From the human T2T-CHM13v2.0 reference genome, Homo sapiens, in NCBI RefSeq assembly GCF_009914755.1, contig NC_060926.1: a stretch of 64,000 nt of DNA; one strand, written 5' to 3'. The position numbers and the translations under genes were made by a program. The notes under the pieces are model-generated. The model did no database searches, was not told where the DNA came from, and saw only the letters and a list, made by a program, of their open reading frames with translations. Numbering within the stretch: position 1 is the first letter of the stretch; every line of letters starts with the position of its first letter. Of the stretch, positions 42,831 through 59,222 are shown in pieces.

Positions 42831-43065
42831 TTATGTCTATATCACATGAAAATTATTGGCAGAGGCACCTATATGTGCAAGAGCCCAGAAGGGAGAAAGC
42901 CTGATACTGTCAAACACAATGCTGACTATTGCTTTAAAATATTCTTTATAATGCTAAGAAAGCTTCCTTTTATTTTTAATTTACTGAGAGGTTCATTTGA
43001 GAATAAATGAAAAATTCTAACCTCTTAAACATCCATTTTTTGTTTTTGTTTTGCATATTATAAAC

Positions 43066-43246
43066 TAGGGGCTGGCAAATTTTTTTTAAAGGGTCAGATA
43101 GTAAGTATTTTAGGCTTGGGGGACATAAGGTCTTTGTTGCAAAGACTCAACTCTGCAATTGTAGCTGAAACCTGCTACAAAATATATTGATATTTAAATT
43201 ACCAAACTAGGTGGCTGGCCAGTAGGCCATAGTTTTCAAATCTCTG
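43066..43246 (+). mobile_element. MER58A-like hAT-Charlie DNA transposon
   Basis: AGGGGCTGGCAAATTTTT...AAGGGTCAGATAGTAAGTATTTTAGGCTT...CTCAACTCTGC...GGCCATAGTTT. Confidence 0.8.
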
Positions 43247-43405
43247 CTGTAGATGATCCTGTGGGTTTCCTCTCCTGACTCACTGATGCTGAACCACTCT
43301 TGTATTCTGGAATAACCCAGCTTGACCACGCCAGATTGACTGCTGCCATCTGTTCGTTAGTGTTTTATTTAGGATCTTTATGTCTCTCTTCAGGAATGAG
43401 ATTAA

Positions 43406-43407
<2 letters not shown>

Positions 43408-43438
<31 letters not shown>
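43408..43438. repeat. (GT)n microsatellite, ~15 units
   Basis: Directly visible. Confidence 0.95.
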
Positions 43439-43439
<1 letters not shown>

Positions 43440-43785
43440 GCTTCGTCAAGTTTTGCTTCATAAAACGAATGTAAAAACTTTCATCTTTTTCTATGCTGTG
43501 GAACAAAGAATGATTTATTCTTTGCAACACTCATAGAATTTTCCCCCAAAGAAATGATCTTGGCCTCCTGTCTTTTTTTGGAAGTAGTTCATTGAGATCT
43601 TTTCCACTTTCTTTTAAGGTTATTGATCTCTTCATGTTTTCTACTACTTTTGAATCAATTTTGGCAATTTTTATTTTCCTAGAAAATCATTCACTTCATC
43701 TACATTTTCTAAGATTCTGTCATTGGTTTCAGCCTCATAAACCTATTGATATTTTCATTGTCTGCTATAATATCTTTTGATTTGA

Positions 43786-44120
<335 letters not shown>

Positions 44121-46276
44121 AAATGTTTATCTATTTTAATGGTCTTTTGAAATCTTGCTCTGGGGTTTAATCATCAATTATAATATTCTCCTTTCTAATA
44201 TATTCATTTCTATTTACAATTTTCTTTGGTCTTTCTGCCCTTTCTAATTTCTTGAATTATCAGGTAATTTATTTTCATTCCTTTTGTATAAAAGTGAAAA
44301 CACTTAAGATAAAATTTTTTTTTTGAAGACAGGCTTAGCTACAACTCGTACGTTTTGGGACATATATCTCCTATTGTTGGTATTTCCTAAGTATCCGAGG
44401 TTTTAGTTTTGGTTTTCTCTTTGACCCAGGAGGGCTTTAAGCATATGCCTTTAAATTTCCAAAAGGTTAGTATTTTATTTAAAATTTCTCATTTTTCTAG
44501 TTTTATTGCAGTATGGTCAGAAAATGTGACTGATAGTGGTTTTATTTCTGGGACTTTACTGAGATTTGCTCTGTGGCTTTTTTATTTTTTTCTAAGTGCT
44601 CCAAAGATGCTGGAAAAGAAGGTATATCTTCTGTTTTTAGTGTAAATAATGTTTGTCTATTTAGTTGTCACTGTTAATGGTATTATTCAGACTATCTGTC
44701 TCTAATTCCTTTGGAAATTTACTTGGTTATTCAGGATTGAGGGAAGTGTGATACCTTCCCCACAATTCTTGTTCCTGTCTTTTCTTTGTACAGAACTCAC
44801 TGGTTGGTTGTCTGTCTGTGCCTGACTCTGAGCCTGAGTTATAAACTCAAACCTTTAAGTATTTGGGCTGGGAAAGAAAAATAAAGATTTAGGGGAACTC
44901 AACAGCTAAATTGGATTCCATTCTAACCATTTCTACCTAAGTGTCCATGTTTGCCTGTGTGCCAGTATGTGCAGTTGTGTGTTTCTGTGGGGGCATATGT
45001 GTGTTTTAGCATACACATCTCCTTTGGACGTGACTGTGTAAGTCAGTTCTTCTGCGTGTGGGTCATCCTGTGAGTTTGATATGTATGTCTGTATATGTGT
45101 GTCACCCATAGCATCTTTTTCTTTAAATTGAACTTTAAACATCAAGGCTTGGGTCTGCCTTGCTCTAAGCTGGCTTTTTCTAGAGTGGTTACAAGTCAGA
45201 AAGCTCTGCCATGCTGTACGCTACCCCACCTGACCTTGTTTCCTCTCTCCTGGCTGCAGAAGACCCTCCGGGTAAGTGGGTCTGGTAGGGCCTGGCTGCA
45301 GATTCAGCCTCACTCTGGTACACGTTCCCTGTGTGGTGTGTCTGGAGACACCTGGCCACACAAGGTGTGTTAGGACCACACTTCCAGGACGGGTGGAGAC
45401 TCGAGAACCTCATCCTACCGTCTCCCCAGGATGCCTGTTCAGGAACCCTTGGCGGGGCACCAGCTTGTGTTTGCCTTTAGTAAGCTGGAGCTCAGAGCAC
45501 TTGGCTTTAGTTTGAAGGGGCCACCAGCATTTTCAGAAACTCTGTGATAGGTGTTCAGTTCCTGGTGGAGAATTAGAGCAGGCTCCTGGGAGATCTTCTA
45601 GCCTACCTTCTCATACAGAGGAGGAAAGCGAGTTCCAGAATGAGCTCCTGAAGCCGTGTCCTTGGCCCTTCCCACTAAACCAGATAAGCTCTAATGGTAC
45701 AGATGGGCTCAGAGTGAGTGATGGGACCTTGGTGGGCTTTTGGGGTGAACTGACCATCCCAGCTTCAGGGAGCTTGGTGACCCTCTAGGTGATAGGACAC
45801 CCCACCTGCCGAGACAGGACACAGCTGAAGGAATATTCTAGACACCAGAGCTAAGAGGGCCTGCAGACACACCATGTACAGGAGGAGTTAAATGGTGGGG
45901 AGGTCAGGATTTGCCACAACAGGCCTGTCCATCTTTTCCTGCAAATAGGAGTGACTGGAGGAAGGATGCGGATGTCACACAGAAAATTTGTGCTGTCACA
46001 TACTTCCTTTCTTCTCACCTAATACCTCACATTTAGCAGTGTCTTTGGAATAAAGGCACTTAGTATTAGTTGATTTTCAGGGACTCTGCCTTGATTTGAC
46101 CTTGGGGAGGTTAAGTGCTGATTTCCAATGCTTCCTTTATTGCCTGGGTAGGGAGGCAGATGGGCAGAATAGATAAAACTCTTTTGGGTCTGAATTTTCC
46201 TGGATCTACTGCATTTTGTTCATAAATAATACATTATTGACATTTTCCCCTAAGAGCTACCCTATGTACCCTCTGA

Positions 46277-46882
<606 letters not shown>

Positions 46883-47451
46883 TGAGAAAGCCACCCACCG
46901 ATTTACAGCCCGAAGCAAGTGTGGGCTGGGATAACCAAGACAGTATTCCCAGGAGAATGCTGAAGAATATGGAAGTGTTTAGAGGTGAAATGATCTGTGT
47001 TAACGTGCCCCAGCCCCCTACCCCTTCCCAAGATCGGGGTGGCCCCCTCACCGATTTTCAAAATAGTCAACATTATTAATATTGCATGACATTGAAAACA
47101 GTTAAAGCTTGGAGATGGGTACGCAGGGATTTGTTGTCCTATCCCATGTCTTTCAGTGTTATTTGAACTTTTCTATAGTAGAAAATTTGTGTTAAAATAA
47201 AAAGAGAGTCGGTTTGAGAATGTACTCCTGACCCCTAACTCCTACAATTGGGCCAGAAAATTACCTACAAATCTGAAAATATGGGAAACCCTGTTTCTGT
47301 GGAAAAAAACAGAAATGAGTCAGCCAAATTGTGGTATTTTGAGGAAATTATACAAATATAATTATGCTTTGAAAAAGTAGACTACTTTTAAAGAAGATAA
47401 TCAGAGGTGACTCAGAAATTACTCCTTAAAGGAGTTGCATGGTCTCCTGGC

Positions 47452-48466
47452 TAGGGTTGCCAGTTAAAATTCAGGATGCCCAGTCACATTTGAATTTCAG
47501 ATGAACAATGAATAGTTTTTTAATATCAGCATGCATCAAATATTGCACGGGGCATATTTCTTTAAAAATTATTGGTTATGAAACAGGAAAAGTTCCCTTA
47601 TCCCCCTTGCAGGGTGTGCAGTGGGGGTGTGGCTGGCTTCTTCAGTGCCCTGCTGCTCACACCTCTAGGGGAACATGCAGATGGGCAGGTTGCGGGGCTC
47701 CAACCCCACAGCAGTGTCCAGAGGTGAATGTTTACAGCTGAAGCCCCAGTGGATGTGTGTTACAGAGGACTGTTTCAGCTTAGCCATCTGTAGGCGGCTT
47801 GTGTTAGCTCAATTAGACCCCTGCCTTATCACAAGCACAGAGGGCTTTCTGTATCCCGGGGTTTCTTGCCTTGGTGTACTGAAAGAATTGGATCGCACGT
47901 GGGCTTGGAGATTGAGTGCAAGGTTTTACTGGGTGGAAGTAGCTCTCAGCAGATTGGGGAGCCAGAAGGGAGATGGAATGGGAAGGTGGTTTTCCCCTGG
48001 AGTCGCGCTGCTCAGTGGCCTGGACTCTCCTCCCACCACCAGGACCAAACTCCACGTTGTTCCGCTGGTCAATGGCCTGCTGGCCTGCTGAGGCCTGTTG
48101 GTGTGCTCCTACGCCAGTGGGTCCTTCTCGACATCCCGCCGCTTGTGTGTTCCTCTGCTTGTGTGTTCCTCTCGATGTCCAGCAACTTGTGTTTCTGCCC
48201 GCTAGGGTCTTGGGGGTTTTTATAGGCACAGAATGGGGGTGTGGCAGGCCAGGATGGTCTTGGGAAATGCAGCATTTGGGCAAGAAAACAGAAATGCCTG
48301 TCCTCCCTAGGCCTGTGGGCACAGGCCCGGGGGATGAAGCCCTCGCCAGGGACACCGTCCTCCTCTACCCAGCACTTACCTGACCCCGTTCTGTATCAGT
48401 TATTTATTTGAAATTCAGATTTAACTGGAAATTGTGTATTTTCACTTACTAAATCTGGCAACACTA
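47452..48466. mobile_element. MER53 palindromic hAT element split in two (47452-47578 and 48403-48466) by an LTR
   Basis: TIRs TAGGGTTGCCAG...CTGGCAACACTA; inverted internal arms TTTGAATTTCAGATGAAC / TTTATTTGAAATTCAGA. Confidence 0.85.
47579..48398 (-). mobile_element. Solo ERV1 LTR, LTR1-family-like, 820 bp
   Basis: TG...CA termini, 4-bp TSD GTTA (47575-78 and 48399-402), minus-strand TATAAAA near 48218-48224; family name from recalled consensus. Confidence 0.85.
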
Positions 48467-51400
48467 CTTCTGGATTATAAATGGGGGAGACTCTGTACCC
48501 CGCAATTACCTCCCAGGCTTGGAGAGGAGAAAATGAGAGGTGGGCACAGGCTGTTAGACACATAGGAAAGGCCCCAAGAGCCCTTTGGAGGGGACTGGAT
48601 GAGAGAGAGTTGAAGCTTGTCAGGGTAGCAGGTGGCCTGGGCTTTCAGGTGATTCTTTTGGCGCAGAGTCTCTGCTAGGCACTCTGGAGGGCAGTTTCAC
48701 CAGTCAGCAAAAGTTGTCTCTGCTCTATGGGCCTGCCTGGTGAATTGTGCCTGGAGACCTGGCTGCTCAGAGATGAGGCACAGGCAGCAGCAGCTGCGAT
48801 CCTCAGGCAGCAAGTTCCTCCTCGACTTGGTAGTTGGGTGTGTGAGGTTGGGCAAAGAGACAGAACTATTTGTGTACCAGGAAGAAGGTCTGACACATTA
48901 GGTCTGGCATGTGGTCCTGTGGCCTTGCCAAAAAGTCAGACAACCCAAGCAAGAATGAGGACTCCTGCCAGGGTGGCCCATGGCCCTGGCCCCTCGCTGC
49001 TCCCTCAGGTGCGGATGCTGAATTGGCACCCAGCCCTCCTGCTTGACCTCTGGAGGAGGTCTCTGACAGCATCCAAGTGAAAATAGGCTGTCCAAAGCAA
49101 AATGCATTCAAACTATTTCTGGGGGGAAAACTAGACCTGGAAGGAACGCTGGTTCTTTAAAGATAAGTAAATGGAAGAAAACCACCATCACCAACGTGGG
49201 TCTTTGAAAAATAGCCTGCCACATTATGGAGAGAGTGGAGCACACAGTGGGTGCAGGAAAACAGATTTTAGAAATCACTAGCATAGGGGGACAAAACAAC
49301 TCCTAATCTAAATAGAAAAATAAAGGAACAAAAGACACAACAAGAAAGCATTAAAAACAGAAACCACAGAAAATGCATAGTAAAAAAAGAACAAAACATC
49401 TTAATGTTCCTAATTAATAAAAATGGACTAAACTTCCCCATTAAGTGACAAGGACTCTTAGACTATATCAAAAGTCAAAATTCATTGTACTGTCTTTAAA
49501 AGACACATCTAAAACAATACAACTTAGAATGGCTAAAAAATAAAGATTTTGGAAAACAATATTTTAGCAAACAAGGTAAGTGTAAACCAAAGGAAAACAG
49601 AATTTAAAGTGAAGAGCAAAGGAAACAAAATAGAGAGTTTTATATAAATAAAAGATGTATATTTCAATGAAAAGACTCTCAAATATTTATGCATAGAATA
49701 GTAAAGCTTAGAAATACTTAAAGCAAAAATGGATAAGAATGTATAAACTGATATCTCACACTTGATAAAAGCACAAAATGACAGAAATTAAAGTTGCAGT
49801 GGGGATTTCATTACACCATTCTCCTTAACTATCAAGCAGACAACAAATACATAAGAAGATAAAAGATCTGAATAACAAGGTAAATGTTTTTTAAGCTACA
49901 TGAAATTAAAGTTATAGCTTTAAAATAGAGAATAAAAATAATAAAAAATGGAGAATACATTTTTTCCTGATGCTCAGCGAATACTTACAAAATTTGATCA
50001 CATATTAGTTTTGTAGTAAGTTACCAAAAGCAGAAATCATACAAGACAGATTATAATGCAATAAAATGAGAAATTAATAACAAAAGTTTAAACAAAAAGT
50101 TCAACCGCTTAGAAATTTAAAAAATATTTTATTGGGACTTCCAGTATGAACATGGCTGCATAAGTCAGCATTTTTCCCCTTTTCTCTTGGAAATCATTCA
50201 AACCCACAAAATCCATTTTCAGAAAAGTTGGAAACAAACAGAAGCCACAGACTTCAAAATATATGTAAGGGCTGCTCAAAGACAACTGAAATTGGTTAGA
50301 GGCCACTCAGCAGTAAGTGAAGAGAAGATACATGCAGAATGTTGAAAGATCAGAGTAGTAGCAGATCTCAGAAAGCCTAGCAAAAATATACTTTCTAATG
50401 GAAGAATGTTGATAATTATTTAGGACAGATAATGGTTACATGGGGGTTTATTATCTATTCTCTTTACTTTTGTGTGTGTTTGAAAATTTTCATAATAGTT
50501 TCAAAATACAGTTCCTGAAAGTGAGGTTTCACCATGAAATATAAATGTTACATCCTTTGTTTACAACCGTGGATATGGAAACTTTGGAGACAGGTTGAAG
50601 CTGATGACAGAAGCCTCTTAGACCTGATTTGATTCAGAGAAGCAGAGGTGGAGCTACACAAGAATTACACAAATGAGCCATATTTGCAGGAAGCAGTCTG
50701 CCTCTGTGGTGGGAACAAAATTCAGCTCATTTAGTGAGAAATAATTTTTTAAAACGGTGTAGCCTGAATTCAAAAATCCTGCAAAAAAGAAAAGAAAATC
50801 AAAATGAAAACTTATCAGTAGAAGAGGACATATACCTACTTGAAAAATTTTGCCAAGGAGCAGATGAGATGAAATGCTTTGCTATGAACTTTTTAGAAAT
50901 GGGGCAGTCAGAATGCAAAGCAAAAATGAAAGTAGTCAAGGGCTGATAAAATGAGTGATAAACTATGGGCTGGCAGGACTCAGGAAAGAAAGAGATGAAA
51001 ACGTGAAGTTGGAAGGAGCACAGGGCAGAAGGGCCACATGGAAAACACAACCAAGGGCACAGAGGACAGAAACTATAAAAGTAAGCAAACGAAAATGGAA
51101 ATAATGAAAAAGTTATAAAGGAACAAAGAGAAAATGACAGATATAGACGTCAGGGAAAGGAAACCTAACATTTGCATAATTGGAGTCTCCAAGGAAGACA
51201 ACCAAAATAGTAAAAAAATTACAGAAAAAACCATAATGGTTTAATAAAACCTTACGGAAATGAAAGAATAGTTGAACATACATATTGAAAAAGTTCATGG
51301 TGTGTCAGGAAAAACTGACAAAGATTGGTCAATCTGAGACATATTCTAATATAATTACTGTACTTTAGAGATAAAGAAATAATTCTTTGGGTAGTCATAC

Positions 51401-51733
51401 CTCCTCCCCACCTCTTGAAAAGAAAAAAGCAATATTAAGTCATTTAAAATAGGAACTAAATCAAGATGGCTTCCATTTTTTCGTAACAGCATTCCATATC
51501 CAAAGACAATAACACACTGATATAAGATCATCAAAGAAAGACAGGGTGACCTGAGGATTATATGTTCAGCCAAGCTCCCCTCCAAGCATAAAGGCTACAG
51601 ATAACCATTTGTACATATTCAGGAACTGGAGTAATGTGATTCCAATGAGCCTGTCTTGAAGGAACTCCTAGGGGATTAACTTCAGCTAACCTGGGAAGTT
51701 ATCTGGAGAAACCACAACAGAAGGACTGGTTGT

Positions 51734-51829
51734 AGTTCGAGGCTGTAGTCAGCTATGATTGCACCACTGCACTCTAGCCTGGATAATAGAGCAAGACTTT
51801 GTCTCCAAAAAAAAAAAAAAAAAAAAAAG
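51734..51829 (+). mobile_element. Alu 3' fragment with A tail
   Basis: GTTCGAGGCTGTAGTCAGCTATGATTGCACCACTGCACTCTAGCCTGG...polyA. Confidence 0.85.
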
Positions 51830-52868
51830 TGAATATGGTCATATTTTACCTTAGAATCAAAATGAAAACAAATGGAAGGGTTAAGGTAATAGGTAAGAAT
51901 GTAAATATCATATATACTGAAAATGTAGAGATGGTAAAACTGACAAAAATTAGGTGGAGAAGGACAAAAGAGTATGGAATATAGAGTAAGGACAATGATT
52001 GACATATGATAAAATAAATACAGTGGAAAGATATTATTTGAAATTGGCAAGTCACATAATAAGCATAGAAGCAAGATACAAGCAAACAGTACAAAGGTAA
52101 ATGTTAAGGAAGATATTCTTGTCTAAAACTGGGTGATAGGGAGAAGGAGGGAGATAAAATTGGATTATTTTATTATTGCTACAGTAGGGACCCCATAAAT
52201 ACTATGCCTAAAGACATAGAGGACTAAGTATTATCAGAATATATAAATGTATATAAATACTAGAACAGAAGCTGAGATCATTCCAGCTATCAGAACTGTC
52301 ACATGCACCACTCCCATCCGCCCCACACACAGAAAGTGGACCGTGCAAAGATTAAAAAAAAAGAACCTATGAAATGAGGAAATGTGATATAAATACATTA
52401 CATGACTATATAATTAAACAAGTAAAACCAAGACCAAACATATCTGTCTTGTCAATACATGTTACATCAGTCACTTACTAATTACAAAATTTAAATCAGA
52501 TCTCAGAGCAAAATCTAACTCTCAAATGAAAAGATTGATAAAGTTTGAAAATAAGATTAAGAAAATGTGTGCCAGGCAAATGCAAATTAAATGACAGCAG
52601 AAGTCATCATCTTAATATTAGATGAGAGGGTATTCAGGTTCCTAAAATTAAATGAGACAAAGGATGACACTTTATAATGCTAAATGGTACAATTCCAAGA
52701 TATGACACTTATGAGAATATCTATGTGCTAAATACTACAACATCAATACTTACAAAACACAACTTACAGGAGATATGAGAAGCAATGGAAACACACTGGT
52801 TGGTAGGGGGAGATTTAATTCCCTTCTCTCAGTTCATGTCAGATCAAGGAGACAAAAATGTCAGAGGA

Positions 52869-53269
<401 letters not shown>

Positions 53270-55756
53270 TTACTACAATTGACCATGTAACAGGCCATGA
53301 AGAAAACTTTAATAAATTTCAGAAAGTGACAATACCAAGAAAACATTTTCTGATTGTAATGCAATAAAATTAGAAATTTGTAACAAGATCAAAAGCCCAA
53401 AAGGCCTCTTCTACCTGGAAAATTAAAAAACCCTCTATTTTAACAATTCTTGGGTGAAGGAGAAAATACTAACAGAAAGCACAGAACATCTAGGAAACAG
53501 TGCTAAAACACTACATATTAGAACTTACTGGTTATAGTTAAAGCAGCGTTCAGAGGAAATTTGTGGCCTTAAGAAATTATGTTAATTACAAAAAAGAAAA
53601 CTAATTAAGTATCTAACTCTGGGATCAAATAATAAAGATAAAACTGTAATTACAGAATGCCGGGAAAATGAAAATGAAAACATGTATCAAAACAAATGAG
53701 GCAATGCCAAGACATTAGTGAGCAGAGGCAATTTCATATGAGTAACTATTTTCATTATCTGGAAAAAGGGAGTAAGTAAAGCTTCAATTCAAGAAGCTAG
53801 AATAATGATAATGAAAAGCCCTTAAAACAGCAGGACAAAAAAAGAGAAAAGGAAAAGGAAAAGCAGAAAAAATTAGAAAAGAGAAAATTATAGAATTGAA
53901 TTGAAAAAAATCAAATAATTGGCACTTTGATTGGAATGAATCAACTAAAATAGATAACTCTTCAGCTAGTCTACTTTAGAGAAGTAGAGAAAACCAAGCC
54001 AAAATCCGCAATGAAAACAGGGACATAACAGCAGAGATAATTGGGAGTTAGGAATTTTAGAAAAATTCTAAGTATATTTCTATGTTAATAGATTTGAAAA
54101 TGTCCTTAAAATGAGATAATGTGAAGGAAAAGAGAAACAGAACTGTCTCAAGAAGCAGCAAAAAATATGAAAGAAACAGGAAAATTATCAAAGAATTACT
54201 TTCAAAGAGAGAGCTGGAGCCAGGGAATTATAAAGTGAATTTCCTAAATTTTCAAAGAATAAATAATTCCTGTGCTATATGTAGTATTTCACAGCAGAGA
54301 AAATATTAAAATGTAGAAAACCTCGATTTTTATAGAGCTAGAATTACCTTACCATCAAAATCTGATAAAGTTCAGCCATATGTATAAATATCATCTATGA
54401 CATGAATATATATGAAAAATCTTAGAGAAATAATAGCAAATGAAACCTAACTAATATTAAAATAATGTCATGATAACCGAATTTGCTTCATTCCAGGAAT
54501 ATAAAAAGTTCAACATTAGGAAATCATGAACAGTATTCATCATATCAGTAGGTAACATTAACAAAGATTATTTCAGTTGGTGCTGAAAAGCATTCAATAA
54601 AGTTTAATATCTATTGATGATTTATAAGATCAAGTAACATATTGGAAATAGGAGTTTCCTTAATGTTAAAAAGAACATCTCTCAAGCTAACAGCCAACAT
54701 CCAACTTCATGACTTCAGAAGGTTTCTTTACTGTAGAAAATGAACTTGTATTTCTCAAGAATGTTCCTAAGTGCATTTGTCTGGGGAGAGAGTCCATGGC
54801 TTATTGACTGTAGATTACTGAAGCACTCTGTGACTCAATATAGGTTAAGGTACTGAGTGAAACACTAGGGCAGTCCTTTCACAAAGACAAGACAAGACTC
54901 ACTGTGATCACGTTCATGTTATCACTAACATTGGTCCATATCTTCTAACCATTTCAATGTCAACAAAAAGAAACGGGTCGTTCATTTTAGAAAGGAGAAG
55001 ACAAAATTATCCCTGTGTCTGACTGACTTGCTTACCACCTGAAGAGAACCAACTGAAAAATTAGTAGAACCATCAGGAGAACCCAGTAAGATGGCAGCAA
55101 CTATTTAGAAAATCTAGTGGAAGAAAGATTCACATTCATAGTACCAACAAAAGAAGCTTCATGAGGAATAAACTCAACAATAAACACATAGGCTCTGTAT
55201 GAAGATGCCTATAAATAGTAAAAGTCTTGTGTAAGTTAAGAATCAGATCATGTTCCTGTATTAAAATGTTAATACTATAAAGATAACAATTCCCCTGTTG
55301 AAAATTAGTTTTAAGTTTAATGCAAGCCTAACAAAAATTCCAAAGAAACATTTTGTTGAGAATGGAACTTAATGTTTTAAAATTTCATCTGGAAGAACAT
55401 CAGGTAACGAAACAGGTTATGAAGCCACAGTGATTAAAACATGGTATTGGTGAAAAAACGCACAGATCAATAGAGCAGAGAAGAGATCACAAACAAACAA
55501 AAGGAGGCGTGAGCATTTGGCATATGACACAAGTCATGGGAAAGGGAGAAGAAGTTTAAACAAATATGATGTTTAGATAATTGCCTAACCATTTAGCAAA
55601 AAATAAATTAAATTCTTGCCTCACGCTGGGTACCAAATTGAATTGAGTGTTGAATAATCTTGCTATGAAGACATTGTAAGTATAATTTGAGAGGCAGACA
55701 CTATAAAGAAAAAGATCTTTAGATGAGATGATCTAGAAATTTCTGGTATGGCTAAA

Positions 55757-56516
55757 ATGCAAATCAAAATCACAATGAGATACCATCTCACACCAGTTAG
55801 AATGGCGATCATTAAAAAGTCAGGAAACAACAGGTGCTGGAGAGAATGTGGAGAAATAGGAACACTTTTACACTGTTGGTGGGACTGTAAACTAGATCAA
55901 CCATTGTGGAAGTCAGTGTGGTGATTCCTCAGGGATCTAGAACTAGAAATACCATTTGACCCAGCCATCTCATTACTGGGTATATACCCAAAGGATTATA
56001 AAACATGCTGCTATAAAGACACATGCACACGTATGTTTATTGCGGCACTATTCACAATAGCAAAGACTTGGAACCAACCCAAATGTCCAACAATGATAGA
56101 CTGGATTAAGAAAATGTGGCACATATACACCATGGAATACTATGCAGCCATAAAGAATGATGAGTTCATGTCCTTTGTAGGCACATGGATGAAGCTGGAA
56201 ACCATCATTCTCAGCAAACTATCGCAAGGACAAAAAACCAAACACCGCATGTTCTCACTCATAGGTGGGAATTGAACAATGAGATCACATGGACACAGGA
56301 AGGGGAACATCACACTCTGGGGCCTGTTGTGGGGTGGGGGGAGGGGGGAGGGATAGCATTAGGAGATACACCTAATGTTAAATGAAGAGTTAATGGGTGC
56401 AGCACACCAACATGGCACATGTATACATATGTAACAGACCTGCACATTGTGCACATGTACCCTAAAACTTAAAGTATAATAAAAAAATAAAATTAAAAAA
56501 TAATAATAATAAAAAA
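55757..56516 (+). mobile_element. 5'-truncated L1PA (about PA3-PA5): ORF2 C-terminus, 3' UTR and tail, with TSD
   Basis: ORF 56033..56275 is the L1 ORF2p C-terminus (MFIAALFTIAKTWNQPKCP...); flanks AAATTTCTG(G/A)TATGGCTAAAA on both sides. Confidence 0.95.
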
Positions 56517-57170
56517 AATTTCTGATATGGCTAAAAATTGTAAATATAAACATAAGATAATCAAACGTAACCATAAATATAACATAAACACAAACATAAA
56601 CATACCATAAATAAAAATATCATAAATATAACATAAACATAACTGAAAGGCAAGTGACAGACTGGGACAAACATTTGATAGACCAAAGTTTAATATCCTT
56701 TATATACCAAGAAGTCTCTCAAATCACCACAGAACAGAAAACAAACACCAACAGATGGAAAATGTGCAAATGACAAGGATGAGCAGAAGAAATACAAATG
56801 GCTGATAAACCCGTGCAAGTTTCTCTATTATTATTATCTCTATTAAATAAATGCAATTTAAAATTCAGCATACCATCTTCTATCTATCAAATTAACAAAG
56901 CTAAAAAAGGGTGAAAGTGTACAGTGATGGTGAAAGGCTGGGAGTGTGGGCACACTTGAACACTGTAGATAGGAGTATATAAATCCATACAATTTTTCCA
57001 GAGAGCAATTTGTGCACATCAGAGGTCTTAAAATGTGCATACTCCTTGTCCAGGAATTCTTTTTCTGGGAGCTTATAATAAAGATGAATTTAAACAAGTG
57101 CACAAAACACTTGGATAGGAGATTTTAAAACTCCCACACCGTATAAGTGGTTTAAAAAAATAATGTTGAT

Positions 57171-57305
57171 GGCTGGGTCTGGTGGCTCACGCCAGTAATC
57201 CCTGCACTTTGGGAGGCGGAGGTGGGAGGATTGCTTGAGGCCAGGAGTTGGAGACCAGCCTAGGCAACATAGCGAGACTCCATCTCTACAGAAAATAAAA
57301 ATAAT
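57171..57305 (+). mobile_element. Alu monomer (FLAM-like)
   Basis: GGCTGGGTCTGGTGGCTCACGCC...GGATTGCTTGAGGCCAGGAG...CTCCATCTCTAC then A-rich end. Confidence 0.85.
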
Positions 57306-57447
57306 AATATTGAAAAACCGCAAAACTAAATGTTCATCATATCTTGTGATACATTTATAAAATTGAATATCATATTGCCATTAGGAAGGAAGAGTTTTAT
57401 AGAAGTATATTTTTTGACCTTGCAAAGATTTTCATGGTACATCATTA

Positions 57448-57781
<334 letters not shown>

Positions 57782-58477
57782 AAAACAAGTTACAAGTTTG
57801 TATCTTTTGAGTCCATAATTTTGGTTAAAAAATTATATATATAAAGAAAATATTCAAAAGGACATATACCAAATGCTGATCAAATAACTAGTTATTTTTG
57901 AGAATTAGAATTTAAGACAATATTAATTTTTAAAAATATTTGCTTATATTTTTCTAAATTTTAATAATGAACCTGTGTCACTTGCATAATTAAATATTTA
58001 TTAGAAAAGATAGAACTTGACCTTCAAGGAAGAGACAGAATTTGAGCTGGGCCTAAATGAGAAATAATATTTAGAAAGATGATTTCAGATATGACGAATT
58101 TAGCATGTATGTTAACCTGTTTAATGTTACTGTTTATTAGGTACATTTTATCAGCATAATAAAAAACAGCTTGCTGCTTTATTAAATCCTAAGCAATTCT
58201 AAAGCACTGCTTTAACAAATAATAATCATTGGCTGTTTGAGAAGAGACAAGTAAATCAATTGAGCTAACAAGTTTAAAGTGATGCTCCAAAGATACACTT
58301 GGATTGATATTTGATACCATTGTCATTGGATATCCTGTATGTGAACATTTTTACTTGAAATGCTGACCTGTTAATTTTCCAGACATCTATCACAGTCTTC
58401 AAATAAAATGTCGGTCCACCCTTTGCTCATTCATAATCTTGTTCTTTTAAAAAATGTACTGCCCATGTCTCTGATGA

Positions 58478-58981
<504 letters not shown>

Positions 58982-59044
58982 TAACCCAGGTGGGCCTAAG
59001 ACTGTGGTGTTGGAGCAATAAGTGAAGGGGAGGGGTCGTACCTA

Positions 59045-59217
59045 CACTGGTGACCCTGGTGCTGATGTTGGTGACCACATGGGTAATGGAGGTGGTGATG
59101 GTGATGCCGCTGACGCAGAATCTGACTGGTGATGGGATGGTGTTGGGCTTGGTGATCTCAGTGGTGGTGACTCTGGTAGAGATGAGAGTGGTGGTCATGA
59201 TGGTGATTGTGTCAGTG
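59045..59217. repeat. (GGT/GAT)-rich low-complexity tract
   Basis: Repeated GGTGATG/GGTGGTG words. Confidence 0.75.
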
Positions 59218-59222
59218 ACAAT

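Noticed and set aside
47452-47578. MER53 as a possible miR-1302-family precursor
   Set aside because: The palindrome is split by an 820-bp LTR and the mature-like segment (GGGGCATATTTCTTTAAA) is diverged from the miR-1302 sequence as recalled
56033-56275. 80-aa ORF resembling a real protein C-terminus
   Set aside because: C-terminal fragment of L1 ORF2p in a 5'-truncated element with no promoter
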